A stretch of DNA of 40,617 bases from Candidatus Brennerbacteria bacterium (GCA_016187205.1 JACPKE010000023.1:1-40617); one strand, 5' to 3'; shown: positions 16,464-24,466, counted from the stretch's first letter. Translations and numbers: made by a program. The notes: generated by a model from the sequence alone, not told the origin.

Positions 16464-16636
16464 CTTGATTTAGAAATTACTTTCCTTAATAATCTATTGC
16501 TGTAAAAATTTAAAACCCAGCGCGCTTCTTTATCGTTACCGAAATCAGCCACCCGCTCAATGATATATTGAGCGTTTTTTTTAGGGTCTATTTTGTTTGG
16601 ATTTGTATCCCAAAATAACGCTTGTCTAAACTTCAT
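16412..16636 (-). CDS. small partner protein of AbiEii-type NTase (module 2), 74 aa
   Basis: Homologous to ORF 10205..10519 and overlaps the 5' end of the NTase ORF. Confidence 0.65.
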   Translation of the reverse strand: MKFRQALFWDTNPNKIDPKKNAQYIIERVADFGNDKEARWVLNFYSNRLLRKVISKSRCLRPETKSLWTLMAKK

Positions 16637-16648
16637 CCCTTTATTATA

Positions 16649-18004
16649 TCACATTTCCGGCCGTTCTTCAAGCACGGTTTTTAAATTCAAAACCTTGTCG
16701 CCGCGCTGGATTTTTAAATTCAAAACATCGCCAACGCTGTATTTTTGTACGAACGAAGCAAGGGTATGATCCTGGTCAATTTGCTGGCCGTTAACTTCCA
16801 AAATAATATCCTCGGCCTGGATTCCGGCTTTAGCTGCCGGAGAATTCGGTAAAACTCCAGGCCCCTGGTCATTGCCGCGGACAAGCGCGCCATACTTAAC
16901 CGGCAATTTCTGTTTTTCGGAAACTTCCGGCGAAAGATGAATATAACGCACGCCTAAATAAGCGGAAATAATTCGGCCGCTTTTTTGAACGGAATTAATG
17001 GCTCTTTTTGCCTGATTGATTGGAATGGCAAAACCGATATTCTCGGCTCCGGATGCAATCGCGGTATTTATGCCTATCACTTCCCCGCGCAAATTAAGAA
17101 TCGGACCTCCGGAATTGCCCGGATTTATGGCCGCGTCTGTCTGAATTACCCCTTCAATTGTTTCAGACATTCCGCCGCCGGAAGCGGTTACTGTGCGTGC
17201 CAAACCGGAAATCACTCCCACTGAAACAGTATTACGGAATTCTCCCAATGCATTACCTATAGCAATGGCGGTTTGCCCAAGCTTAATCGTATCGGAATTT
17301 CCCAAAGCGACAACCGGCAAATTGCTGGTTTTGATTTTTAAAACAGCTAAATCAAGAGACGGATCCCGCGCTAAAACTTTCGCGTCATATTTCTTGCCGT
17401 CATTGGTTAAAACAGTATATTCAGCCGCTTCATCAGCCACTACATGTTTATTAGTTACAATTAAACCGTCCGCTGAAACTATAAAACCGCTGCCGCCGCC
17501 GACTTCCTGATGTTTTGTTTTTCCTTTAGAGCAAGGCTGATTAAATTGCTGAAAAGGCCCAAAATCAAAAAACTGGTTAAATTCCGGCGGCAAATCGCCG
17601 AAAGGATTAAAAGGGCACTGCTCTATAACCGGCAAATCCTTGGAAATTATAATAGAAACAACCGCCGGCGACGCCTTTTCAACGGCTCCGATAACCGCCT
17701 GCTCATAATCAAGCGCGGGTTTGTAAAGAGACGTCGGTTCTTCCAGTTTTACTTCATTATTCTGACCAAAATCTTCATTTAATTTTCCGGAACCAAACTT
17801 CGGAAGAAAACGATTTAAAAAATCCTGAAATAAATTAGCTTGTCCCGCTAACAGCGGGGCCTGCCTAGCGGTAGGCATAGCCTGATTTTCATTTTTAAAA
17901 TAATTTTGCGCTAATGATGGCAGATGAAAACCGGAAATTCTGGCAACTACAAAAATAGATGCCAACGCGATTATTATTAAAAAAACAATTATTTTTTTAT
18001 CCAT
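16649..18004 (-). CDS. HtrA/DegP-family serine protease with N-terminal membrane anchor and PDZ
   Basis: N-terminal helix IIVFLIIIALASIFVV, triad contexts TNKHVV / LDLAVLK / GNSGGP, C-terminal PDZ. Confidence 0.92.
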   Translation of the reverse strand: MDKKIIVFLIIIALASIFVVARISGFHLPSLAQNYFKNENQAMPTARQAPLLAGQANLFQDFLNRFLPKFGSGKLNEDFGQNNEVKLEEPTSLYKPALDYEQAVIGAVEKASPAVVSIIISKDLPVIEQCPFNPFGDLPPEFNQFFDFGPFQQFNQPCSKGKTKHQEVGGGSGFIVSADGLIVTNKHVVADEAAEYTVLTNDGKKYDAKVLARDPSLDLAVLKIKTSNLPVVALGNSDTIKLGQTAIAIGNALGEFRNTVSVGVISGLARTVTASGGGMSETIEGVIQTDAAINPGNSGGPILNLRGEVIGINTAIASGAENIGFAIPINQAKRAINSVQKSGRIISAYLGVRYIHLSPEVSEKQKLPVKYGALVRGNDQGPGVLPNSPAAKAGIQAEDIILEVNGQQIDQDHTLASFVQKYSVGDVLNLKIQRGDKVLNLKTVLEERPEM

Positions 18005-19256
18005 AAATAATATTTTTAATCCTCTTTAAAGCTTCGTCAAGTTCTGATTTTTCAGTAAATTTTCCAAAAGTAAACCGCAGACTCTGCCTGATTCTTTTTT
18101 CATTACAGCCGATTGCCGCCAGAACACTGGAAAGTTTGACTGAACGCGCCGAACAGGCCGAACCGGACGAAACCGCAATTCCGGTCAGATCAAGCTTTAC
18201 CAATAGATCCTCCGCCGAATATCCGGGCAGGCAAATATTTAAATTATTAGGTAAGCGATTTGTGAAACTTCCATTAACAGCGGCTCGCGGAAAAATTTTC
18301 TTAAATCCATGCCAAAAATAATCGCGAAGATTTTTTATTCTTTTACTTTCCTGTTCCCTGTTTTCAACAGCCAACTCAACGGCTTTGGCAAAACCAACTA
18401 TTAAAGGAACGTTTTCCGTGCCGGAACGAAAACCAAATTCCTGGCCCCCGCCGGTGAGAATAGAATTTAGAATACAGAATTTAGAATTTAGAGAACGAAC
18501 ATATAACGCGCCAACGCCTTTAGGGCCGTAAATTTTATGGCCCGACAACGTCATTAAATCAACGCCAAGCTTGTTAACATCGCAGTCCAGATACTGAAAT
18601 GACTGCGCAACGTCGCTATGTAAAATGGGAAATGCGACATGAGCAATGCGACTATTTTCTACATGTCGCTTGTTGCTTGTCGCTCGAAAATTTCCGATTA
18701 TTTCGGCGATTTCCGCAATCGGCTGAATTGTTCCGATTTCATTATTAGCGTGCATTATAGACACTAAAACAGTTTGTTCGTTTAAAGCCGCTTTTAATTT
18801 TTTCAAATCAACAAAACCAGCGCGGCTTACCGGCAAATAAATTACTTCAATACCGCTACTTTCCAAATCCCGCGCGGTTGCTAAAATAGATTCATGCTCA
18901 ATTGAAGAAACAATAATACGGGGATTTAAAAGCTTCCTATATTCTAAATTCTGTATTCTAAATTCTCTAACTGCGCCGCGCAGCGCCAGGTTATTAGCTT
19001 CCGTCGCCGAGCCGGTAAAAATTATTTCCCGGAAATCAGCACCAATTGCCGCGGCAATTTTTTCCCGCGACTCATCCACCCCTGCCATTGCTTCCTGGCC
19101 AAAAAAATGCAGAGAGCCCGGATTGCCGAATTTACGGCCAAAATACGGCCTCATGGCTTTCTCAACTTCAGGATCAACCGGTGTAGTAGCCGCATAATCC
19201 AAGTAAATTTTATCAGTTTTTTTATTAAAATTTCCTGCCATCAAAAAATTCTGCAA
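17997..19256 (-). CDS. cysteine desulfurase (NifS/IscS-like class V aminotransferase)
   Basis: PLP-lysine context SGHKIYGPKGVGALYVR, catalytic Cys loop SSGSACS, GGGQE.G.RSGTEN block. Confidence 0.9.
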   Translation of the reverse strand: MQNFLMAGNFNKKTDKIYLDYAATTPVDPEVEKAMRPYFGRKFGNPGSLHFFGQEAMAGVDESREKIAAAIGADFREIIFTGSATEANNLALRGAVREFRIQNLEYRKLLNPRIIVSSIEHESILATARDLESSGIEVIYLPVSRAGFVDLKKLKAALNEQTVLVSIMHANNEIGTIQPIAEIAEIIGNFRATSNKRHVENSRIAHVAFPILHSDVAQSFQYLDCDVNKLGVDLMTLSGHKIYGPKGVGALYVRSLNSKFCILNSILTGGGQEFGFRSGTENVPLIVGFAKAVELAVENREQESKRIKNLRDYFWHGFKKIFPRAAVNGSFTNRLPNNLNICLPGYSAEDLLVKLDLTGIAVSSGSACSARSVKLSSVLAAIGCNEKRIRQSLRFTFGKFTEKSELDEALKRIKNIIYG

Positions 19257-19279
19257 TAAAAAGGCTGATTTTAAAATAC

Positions 19280-19308
19280 TTGACTTTTATTCGCTATATG
19301 TATATAAT
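19280..19308 (+). promoter_or_regulatory. sigma70 promoter (TTGACT, 17-nt spacer, TATAAT)
   Basis: Hexamers read directly, upstream of the small ORF at 19355. Confidence 0.6.
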
Positions 19309-19354
19309 ATTACAAGTTGAAATTGAAAATTTTAATTTAAAAAGGAGAGATATA

Positions 19355-19579
19355 ATGTGCACAATATTTTTGCCATACAAATGGGACGTAAAACAAACAA
19401 TGACAAAAGTAAAACGTGCTTTGAATAAAGCTGAAAAGACGAAACAAAAACGCCTTACTATTAATGTAAGGACTATAAGTCATTTATATGAATTTTCCAA
19501 AAACGTCATTCAAAGCAGCGACAGACTAGACGAAGAGGCGGGGAGGACACAGGAATACCTAGTATCCAGATTCAAATAG
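19355..19579 (+). CDS. hypothetical protein, 74 aa (start moved to Met26 of ORF 19280..19579)
   Basis: SD AAAAGGAGAG lies 5-6 nt upstream of the ATG at 19355. The longer ORF would begin inside the promoter. A terminator follows. Confidence 0.5.
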   Translation: MCTIFLPYKWDVKQTMTKVKRALNKAEKTKQKRLTINVRTISHLYEFSKNVIQSSDRLDEEAGRTQEYLVSRFK

Positions 19580-19619
19580 ATATTAACCGTCTAAGTTATT
19601 AAATAAAAACTTTCACAAC

Positions 19620-19655
19620 GAGCCTAGGAAGTAAAATCTTCCGGGCTCTTTTTTT
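19620..19655 (+). terminator. rho-independent terminator
   Basis: GAGCCTAGGAAG / CTTCCGGGCTC stem followed by TTTTTTT. Confidence 0.7.
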
Positions 19656-19698
19656 AAAAATAAAATTGCTTTTAACGTTTAAGAATAAAAAGATTTAT

Positions 19699-19917
19699 TT
19701 AATTTTGTCTAAAATCATTTTCGGTTAAATTCGCTTGGCGCAAAATTGATCTAAAAGTTCCATAAGGAATTTCTTTTCTGCCGGCTGGAACAATTACGGT
19801 CAAGGTTGGATTTCCAGTTTTTCTAAATTTAGCATGACTGCCTTTTTGGGAAATATAAATAAAGCCCTTTTTCTGAAGGACTTTGATAATTTCCGAAGAT
19901 GAATAAAATTTAGGCAT
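19699..19917 (-). CDS. hicA: type II toxin HicA (mRNA interferase family)
   Basis: 72 aa; KVLQKKGFIYISQKGSHAKF...IPYGTFRSILRQANL matches the HicA core. Confidence 0.85.
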   Translation of the reverse strand: MPKFYSSSEIIKVLQKKGFIYISQKGSHAKFRKTGNPTLTVIVPAGRKEIPYGTFRSILRQANLTENDFRQN

Positions 19918-19980
19918 GGCAAATTGATGCCTTTGATAATTTCCGAAGATGAATAAAATTTAGGCATGGCAAATTGATGC
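19881..19980. repeat. perfect 50-bp tandem duplication spanning the hicB-stop / hicA-start junction
   Basis: CTTTGATAATTTCCGAAGATGAATAAAATTTAGGCATGGCAAATTGATGC occurs twice back to back. Confidence 0.9.
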
Positions 19981-20178
19981 CTTCACAAGTTCCGGTTTTT
20001 CAATTTTTGTCACTTTCGGAATTTTTATATCCTCAAAATACAACTCCAGCGCCTCATCCAACGCCGTTAATGCTTCTTTCTTGGTTTTACCAAAACTTGA
20101 AATATCAATATTTAAACACTGGGCGACATAAAATTTGCCTTCCTTCCAAACCACATTTTTAAAATTAAGTTGACGCAT
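19960..20178 (-). CDS. hicB: type II antitoxin, HicB family
   Basis: 72 aa; FYVAQCLNIDISSFGKTKKEALTALDEALELYFE is typical of the HicB N-terminal fold. It lies upstream of hicA. Confidence 0.8.
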   Translation of the reverse strand: MRQLNFKNVVWKEGKFYVAQCLNIDISSFGKTKKEALTALDEALELYFEDIKIPKVTKIEKPELVKASICHA

Positions 20179-20234
20179 ATTTTATTGTTTCTATGCCATC
20201 ATATTATCAAATAAACAAAAATAAATCAAATCGG

Positions 20235-20798
20235 CTACAACAGCTGCGCCTGCACTTTTTCTTCTTTAGGATAATTAAAAGCCAGTTTTATCATTTCCGG
20301 ATGGTCGCGGCGCGGCACCCAAAGATACCCTTGTTTTTGCGCCATTTCATAAAGATCCTTGGTCAGTTTAACGTCATTAATACAATAATTTTTCAATTCT
20401 TCAAAATTGCCCTTTTTATAAAGCTCAATCGCTTCAAGGCCATGGTGAGTTTTCCCGATTCCGATATTTGCCTGAGCCAAAGCGTTTAAACCAATTCTAA
20501 AACCAACGGCTTTTTGCACGTCTTCAAACAAATCAACGGTCGGTATGGCGGTCACGTCAAAGCTGAAAAATCTTTTTAAAACAGGCATATCAAACTTCCT
20601 TAAACAAAAACCGACAACCAGCCGCGTTCTTTTCAAAAGCTCACCCAGCTTGTCAAGCTCATTCTCAAAAAAAGACAAATAAACGTCCTGGTCATAAGAA
20701 TAAACACCGACAAAGGACGGCTCCAAAGCGCCGGTATTATCCTGACCAACGTCAAAAAACGAATTTTTTGTTTCTATGTCTAAAACTATTTTATCCAT
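20235..20798 (-). CDS. RNase H-like 3'-5' exonuclease (DEDD family)
   Basis: Exo I VLDIET, Exo III-like H..........NDV (HHGLEAIELYKKGNFEELKNYCINDV); 187 aa. Confidence 0.65.
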   Translation of the reverse strand: MDKIVLDIETKNSFFDVGQDNTGALEPSFVGVYSYDQDVYLSFFENELDKLGELLKRTRLVVGFCLRKFDMPVLKRFFSFDVTAIPTVDLFEDVQKAVGFRIGLNALAQANIGIGKTHHGLEAIELYKKGNFEELKNYCINDVKLTKDLYEMAQKQGYLWVPRRDHPEMIKLAFNYPKEEKVQAQLL

Positions 20799-21266
20799 AA
20801 AACTTCGCTAATATACGAATGTAGCGCTGATATACGAATTAATTACTGTTGATTATTCTTCTATAACGCACTCCGTCTTTAAGAAAATAGATGAGAATAG
20901 CCAATTTTAGATTAACATTTTTCAAATATGAAACAACTTGATTAATATGAATATAGCCTAATTTCGGCATTATCTTCATTTCAACAACGATTGTATTTTC
21001 TACAACAAAATCTAAAAACACTCGTCCTATATTTTTATTATTAAAAGTTATAGCTACAAATTTTTCTTTTTCAAATTTTATCCCAAGGTCATTTAATGTT
21101 AAAGCATAAGCTTTTTGATAAATATTCTCTTGATATCCCCAACCCAACTTATTATATACATCAAAAGCCGCGCCAATTAATTTAAAACTAAGTTCCGGAT
21201 AAAAAAGATCTGTCTTTTTAACTGACGCATTAGTATATTCGCGCTTGATTCGCATATTCGTGAAGT
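20799..21266 (-). mobile_element. TIR-bounded cassette carrying a GxxExxY-family (PD-(D/E)XK-like) ORF
   Basis: The flanks contain imperfect inverted ATTCGYATATTMG-type repeats, and both flanks recur fused together at 4952-5029 without the ORF body. Confidence 0.65.
20839..21255 (-). CDS. GxxExxY protein (PD-(D/E)XK nuclease-like small protein)
   Basis: 138 aa with GYQENIY (G-x-x-E-x-x-Y) and the downstream LDFVVENTIVVEMK block typical of this family. Confidence 0.8.
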   Translation of the reverse strand: MRIKREYTNASVKKTDLFYPELSFKLIGAAFDVYNKLGWGYQENIYQKAYALTLNDLGIKFEKEKFVAITFNNKNIGRVFLDFVVENTIVVEMKIMPKLGYIHINQVVSYLKNVNLKLAILIYFLKDGVRYRRIINSN

Positions 21267-21746
21267 TTACACGTGTCTATCGGCAACTTTTGAAGCCGCA
21301 TAACTGTCTGGTTTTGTCCTTACTTCAAAATTATGCGCCCGAATCATTCCGACCACTTCTTGAATCATTGTTTTAGTCGGTCCGTTTTCGCCTACATCAA
21401 CATGAATTTCAAAATCAAACTTTGGCGTCTGCTGTCCGGAAAACTCATCAAAAACATCCTGCGCTATTTCCAAAGAAAGCATAACTTCTTTTAAAATCCG
21501 GTCACGCAAAGTGTAAAATTTGTCAAAAGTAACATGCCGCCAAAAGTAACGGCCGCCGTTGCCCACGCGATGAACCACAATAGCGGTAACAAAATCAGCC
21601 AAATCCCCGCTGGTTTTTTCGGAATCGGTTCCAATAATAACTTTATACCGGCGGTTAGGCTCAGCCAGCATAAAACGGATAACTTCATCCACCACTTGTT
21701 TGGGCGTTAAACGAAGACCGAAAGAACTATTAAATAGAACTGGCAT
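21267..21746 (-). CDS. RNase H-like YkuK/DUF458 family protein
   Basis: IIGTDSE......FVTAIVVHRVGNGG pattern as in YkuK-type proteins (from memory). Confidence 0.6.
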   Translation of the reverse strand: MPVLFNSSFGLRLTPKQVVDEVIRFMLAEPNRRYKVIIGTDSEKTSGDLADFVTAIVVHRVGNGGRYFWRHVTFDKFYTLRDRILKEVMLSLEIAQDVFDEFSGQQTPKFDFEIHVDVGENGPTKTMIQEVVGMIRAHNFEVRTKPDSYAASKVADRHV

Positions 21747-21819
21747 TAATTTAGTCCTTCGACTTTGCTCAGGACTAACCCTGAACTTACCGAATGGGTT
21801 AGTTTGTAGCTTATAGCTT

Positions 21820-23289
21820 TTAGCTTATAGAGTCAATGACTTTTTTAAGTTCGTGTAATTTATTTTTAAAAATATCTTTATAAACCGCCTCAACATTCAA
21901 ACGAAGCAATGGTTCGGTGTTAGATAAACGAAGATTGAACCACCAGCTTTTGTCAAAGCTTCCGCCGGCAATGCCATTTTTAAACTCCATTGTCAGTCCG
22001 TCCAAACGAGAAATACGAGCGGCGGACTTGCGGTATTTTTTTTCTATTGCTTTTAAAATCAACTCCTTATTTTGAATTTTAAAATTCATTTCTCCGGAAT
22101 GATGATAAACCGGCAATAAATCAATAAAATCGGATAAGTAATAAGGCAAGCGAGAAACCGCGCTGATAATTTGAAGAGCGGCGGTAATGCCGGAATCAAA
22201 ATAAAATCCGTTCGGGCCATCGCCAGAACGAGATAAGCCATCGATTTGTCCCGCCTTGGCGGTGGCTTGTCCCGCCTTGGCGGTGGCAAAAAAATAATAA
22301 TGGCCCGACTGCTCGCAACCAAGGGGAATTTTCTTTTGTTTCATTAATTTTTTTATAAAAAAATGTCCAACCTTGCTTTCAACCAGTTGAAAATCCAAAT
22401 TTGTAACCGCGTTTTTTTTAACCAGCCAACCGGTTCTAACATCAGCAATAACTTTTAACTCTCGCTTTAAATTATTAATTTTGAAATACCAGATAAGCAG
22501 ATAAGCGACAACATCCGAATCTACAACCCGTCCTTTATTATCAATAAAAAAAGCTCGGTCTCCGTCAGCGTCAAAAATCGCCCCCAAATCAGCTTTATTT
22601 TGAATCACGGCTTTTTGGAGCTGTTTTAAAGCGCCGGCGGCGGTAGGATTAGGGCCATGAGCGGAGAAATTGCCATCAGGCCGGCTGTTAATTAAAACAA
22701 CATTCAACTTTAAACTTTTAACCTTTAACTTATTCAAGACCAACCCGGTTGTTCCATTAGAACAATCAAAAACCACTTTCAGAGGTTTTTTGATATTAAT
22801 AAAACTATTTAAAAATTTAACGTATAATTGAAAATAATTCTGGGACATCTCAACTTATCTTTTAAGCAATTTTAATATTTGGACGCCGCTTATCGGAACG
22901 GCGTTTCTGCCGACGATTTTCAAACCATTATATTCTTTCGGATTATGCGAAGCGGTAATCATTATGCCGCCAGCCGCTTTAAAATGATTCACCAAAAAAT
23001 AAAACATCGGCGTGGTCATAACCCCGCCTGGAATAGTTTTTAGTTTATAGTTTTTTCCGCCAGAGGCGGATCCGCCTTCGGCGGAAGTTTCTAGCGATTT
23101 TAACACTGCTTTATAAAGTCGAGGCGAGCTTAAACGGGCATCCCGCGCAATTAAAACTTTCCCATGCTGAAATATTTTTACAATTCCCGCAGCGATAAAC
23201 CCAACTGTTTTCTCGTTGATTTCTTCTGAATACCGTCCGCGAATATCATAAGCTTTAAAGATGCCAATATTTTTAATTTCTTTAAACAT
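21820..23289 (-). pseudogene. phosphoglucomutase/phosphomannomutase-family gene split by an in-frame TAA into ORFs 22855..23289 and 21820..22848
   Basis: The N-terminal ORF has the active-site TASHNP. The C-terminal ORF has the metal loop FDADGDR and sugar loop GCEQSGH. Both ORFs are in the same frame, and the junction reads KR-TAA-VE-M. Confidence 0.7.
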
Positions 23290-23337
23290 AGCGAAAAAAA
23301 AATATTTAATATTGAGTGCCCGCCTAAACCCTCGCGC

Positions 23338-24102
23338 CTATTTTAATAATGTCAAAATTTGATCGTGAATTATTTTATTAGATACAACGATATTTTTTGA
23401 TGATTCAGAAATAGGATTGCCGCTAAAATCCGTTATTTCGCCGCCAGCCTCTTTCACAAGTAAAACCCCCGCTCCATAATCCCAATAATTAAATTTTGTT
23501 TTGTAATAAGCATCTATTTCACCGGAAGCAATTCGAGCGAGATGAAGCGCTCCGCTGCCTAAAATCCGAATATGTCTAACTTGAGCGCAAATTTTGCTTA
23601 AAATTTCATAGTTTTTTATTCTTGCTTCAACATTTGAGGAATTATCAGTTGCTAATATAGTATTAATTACCTGTTTTTCGAGAGATACATTAATTTTCTT
23701 ATCATTCAAATAAGCGCCTTTCCCCTTTTCTGCGCTGTAAAGTTTATCCGATAGCGGATTATAAATTAATCCTAGAATTAACTGCTTATTTTGTTCTACG
23801 GCTATGGAAATACAAAATTCCTCTATGCCTCTGGAGAAATTTATCGTTCCATCCACCGGATCAATGATCCATCTAAATTCAGATGAATTATTTTCTTCCC
23901 CTTTTTCTTCGGAAAGTATAGAGTGATTAGGAAAATTTTTTTTAATACAATCAATAATAATTCTTTCTGATTTCAAATCTGCTTCTGCAAGAATATCAAG
24001 TTTATTTTTCATTTCATATTTCTTAATGCTTCCCCCAAATAGCTGTTTTAAAACGTCTCCGCTTTCTTTAATTGCTTCAATTGCGATATTTTTAATATTC
24101 AT
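23338..24102 (-). CDS. inositol monophosphatase family protein (SuhB-like)
   Basis: ILSEEKGE and WIIDPVDGTINF motifs, plus the C-terminal WDYGAG block. Confidence 0.9.
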   Translation of the reverse strand: MNIKNIAIEAIKESGDVLKQLFGGSIKKYEMKNKLDILAEADLKSERIIIDCIKKNFPNHSILSEEKGEENNSSEFRWIIDPVDGTINFSRGIEEFCISIAVEQNKQLILGLIYNPLSDKLYSAEKGKGAYLNDKKINVSLEKQVINTILATDNSSNVEARIKNYEILSKICAQVRHIRILGSGALHLARIASGEIDAYYKTKFNYWDYGAGVLLVKEAGGEITDFSGNPISESSKNIVVSNKIIHDQILTLLK

Positions 24103-24466
24103 ATTTTTCTTGCTTTAATTTAAACAAAAATCTGCATAAACTAAAGCATGATTGAATTTTACCTGATTTTACTTAATAATAGAAATAAGGGCTTTCTCTG
24201 AATTTTCAAGTCCTGAGCTTGCCGAAGGACGCAGAAAATTCAGCCAGCAAACCTTACCCCCTCCTTTTAGACGACCTGGAATATATATAAAACATGAAAA
24301 AATCAAAAAACATAAACAACTTTAAAACTCAAATGTTATATCTTATTAAGGTCGCTCAAAAGGAGGGGGTGCTCAATGTTGTGGGACATTCGGCTGAGCT
24401 CAGTCGAAGCCCTAAAATTATTGCGCCTCGCATTGAACTCGGCTTATAATTTTAGACAACATTGGC

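Noticed and set aside
16985-17782. + strand ORFs 16985..17224, 17193..17510 and 17510..17782
   Set aside because: They are antisense to the HtrA-type protease gene, whose catalytic motifs fix the real frame.
19974-20489. ORFs 19974..20162 (+) and 20193..20489 (+)
   Set aside because: They are antisense to hicB and to the DEDD exonuclease gene respectively, with no translation signals.
24198-24243. Hairpin with a GAAG-containing loop considered as SRP RNA domain IV
   Set aside because: It lacks the GNRA tetraloop and the conserved GGAAGCAGC / AGG asymmetric-loop nucleotides. It resembles the dispersed GTCCT...AGGAC repeat family instead.
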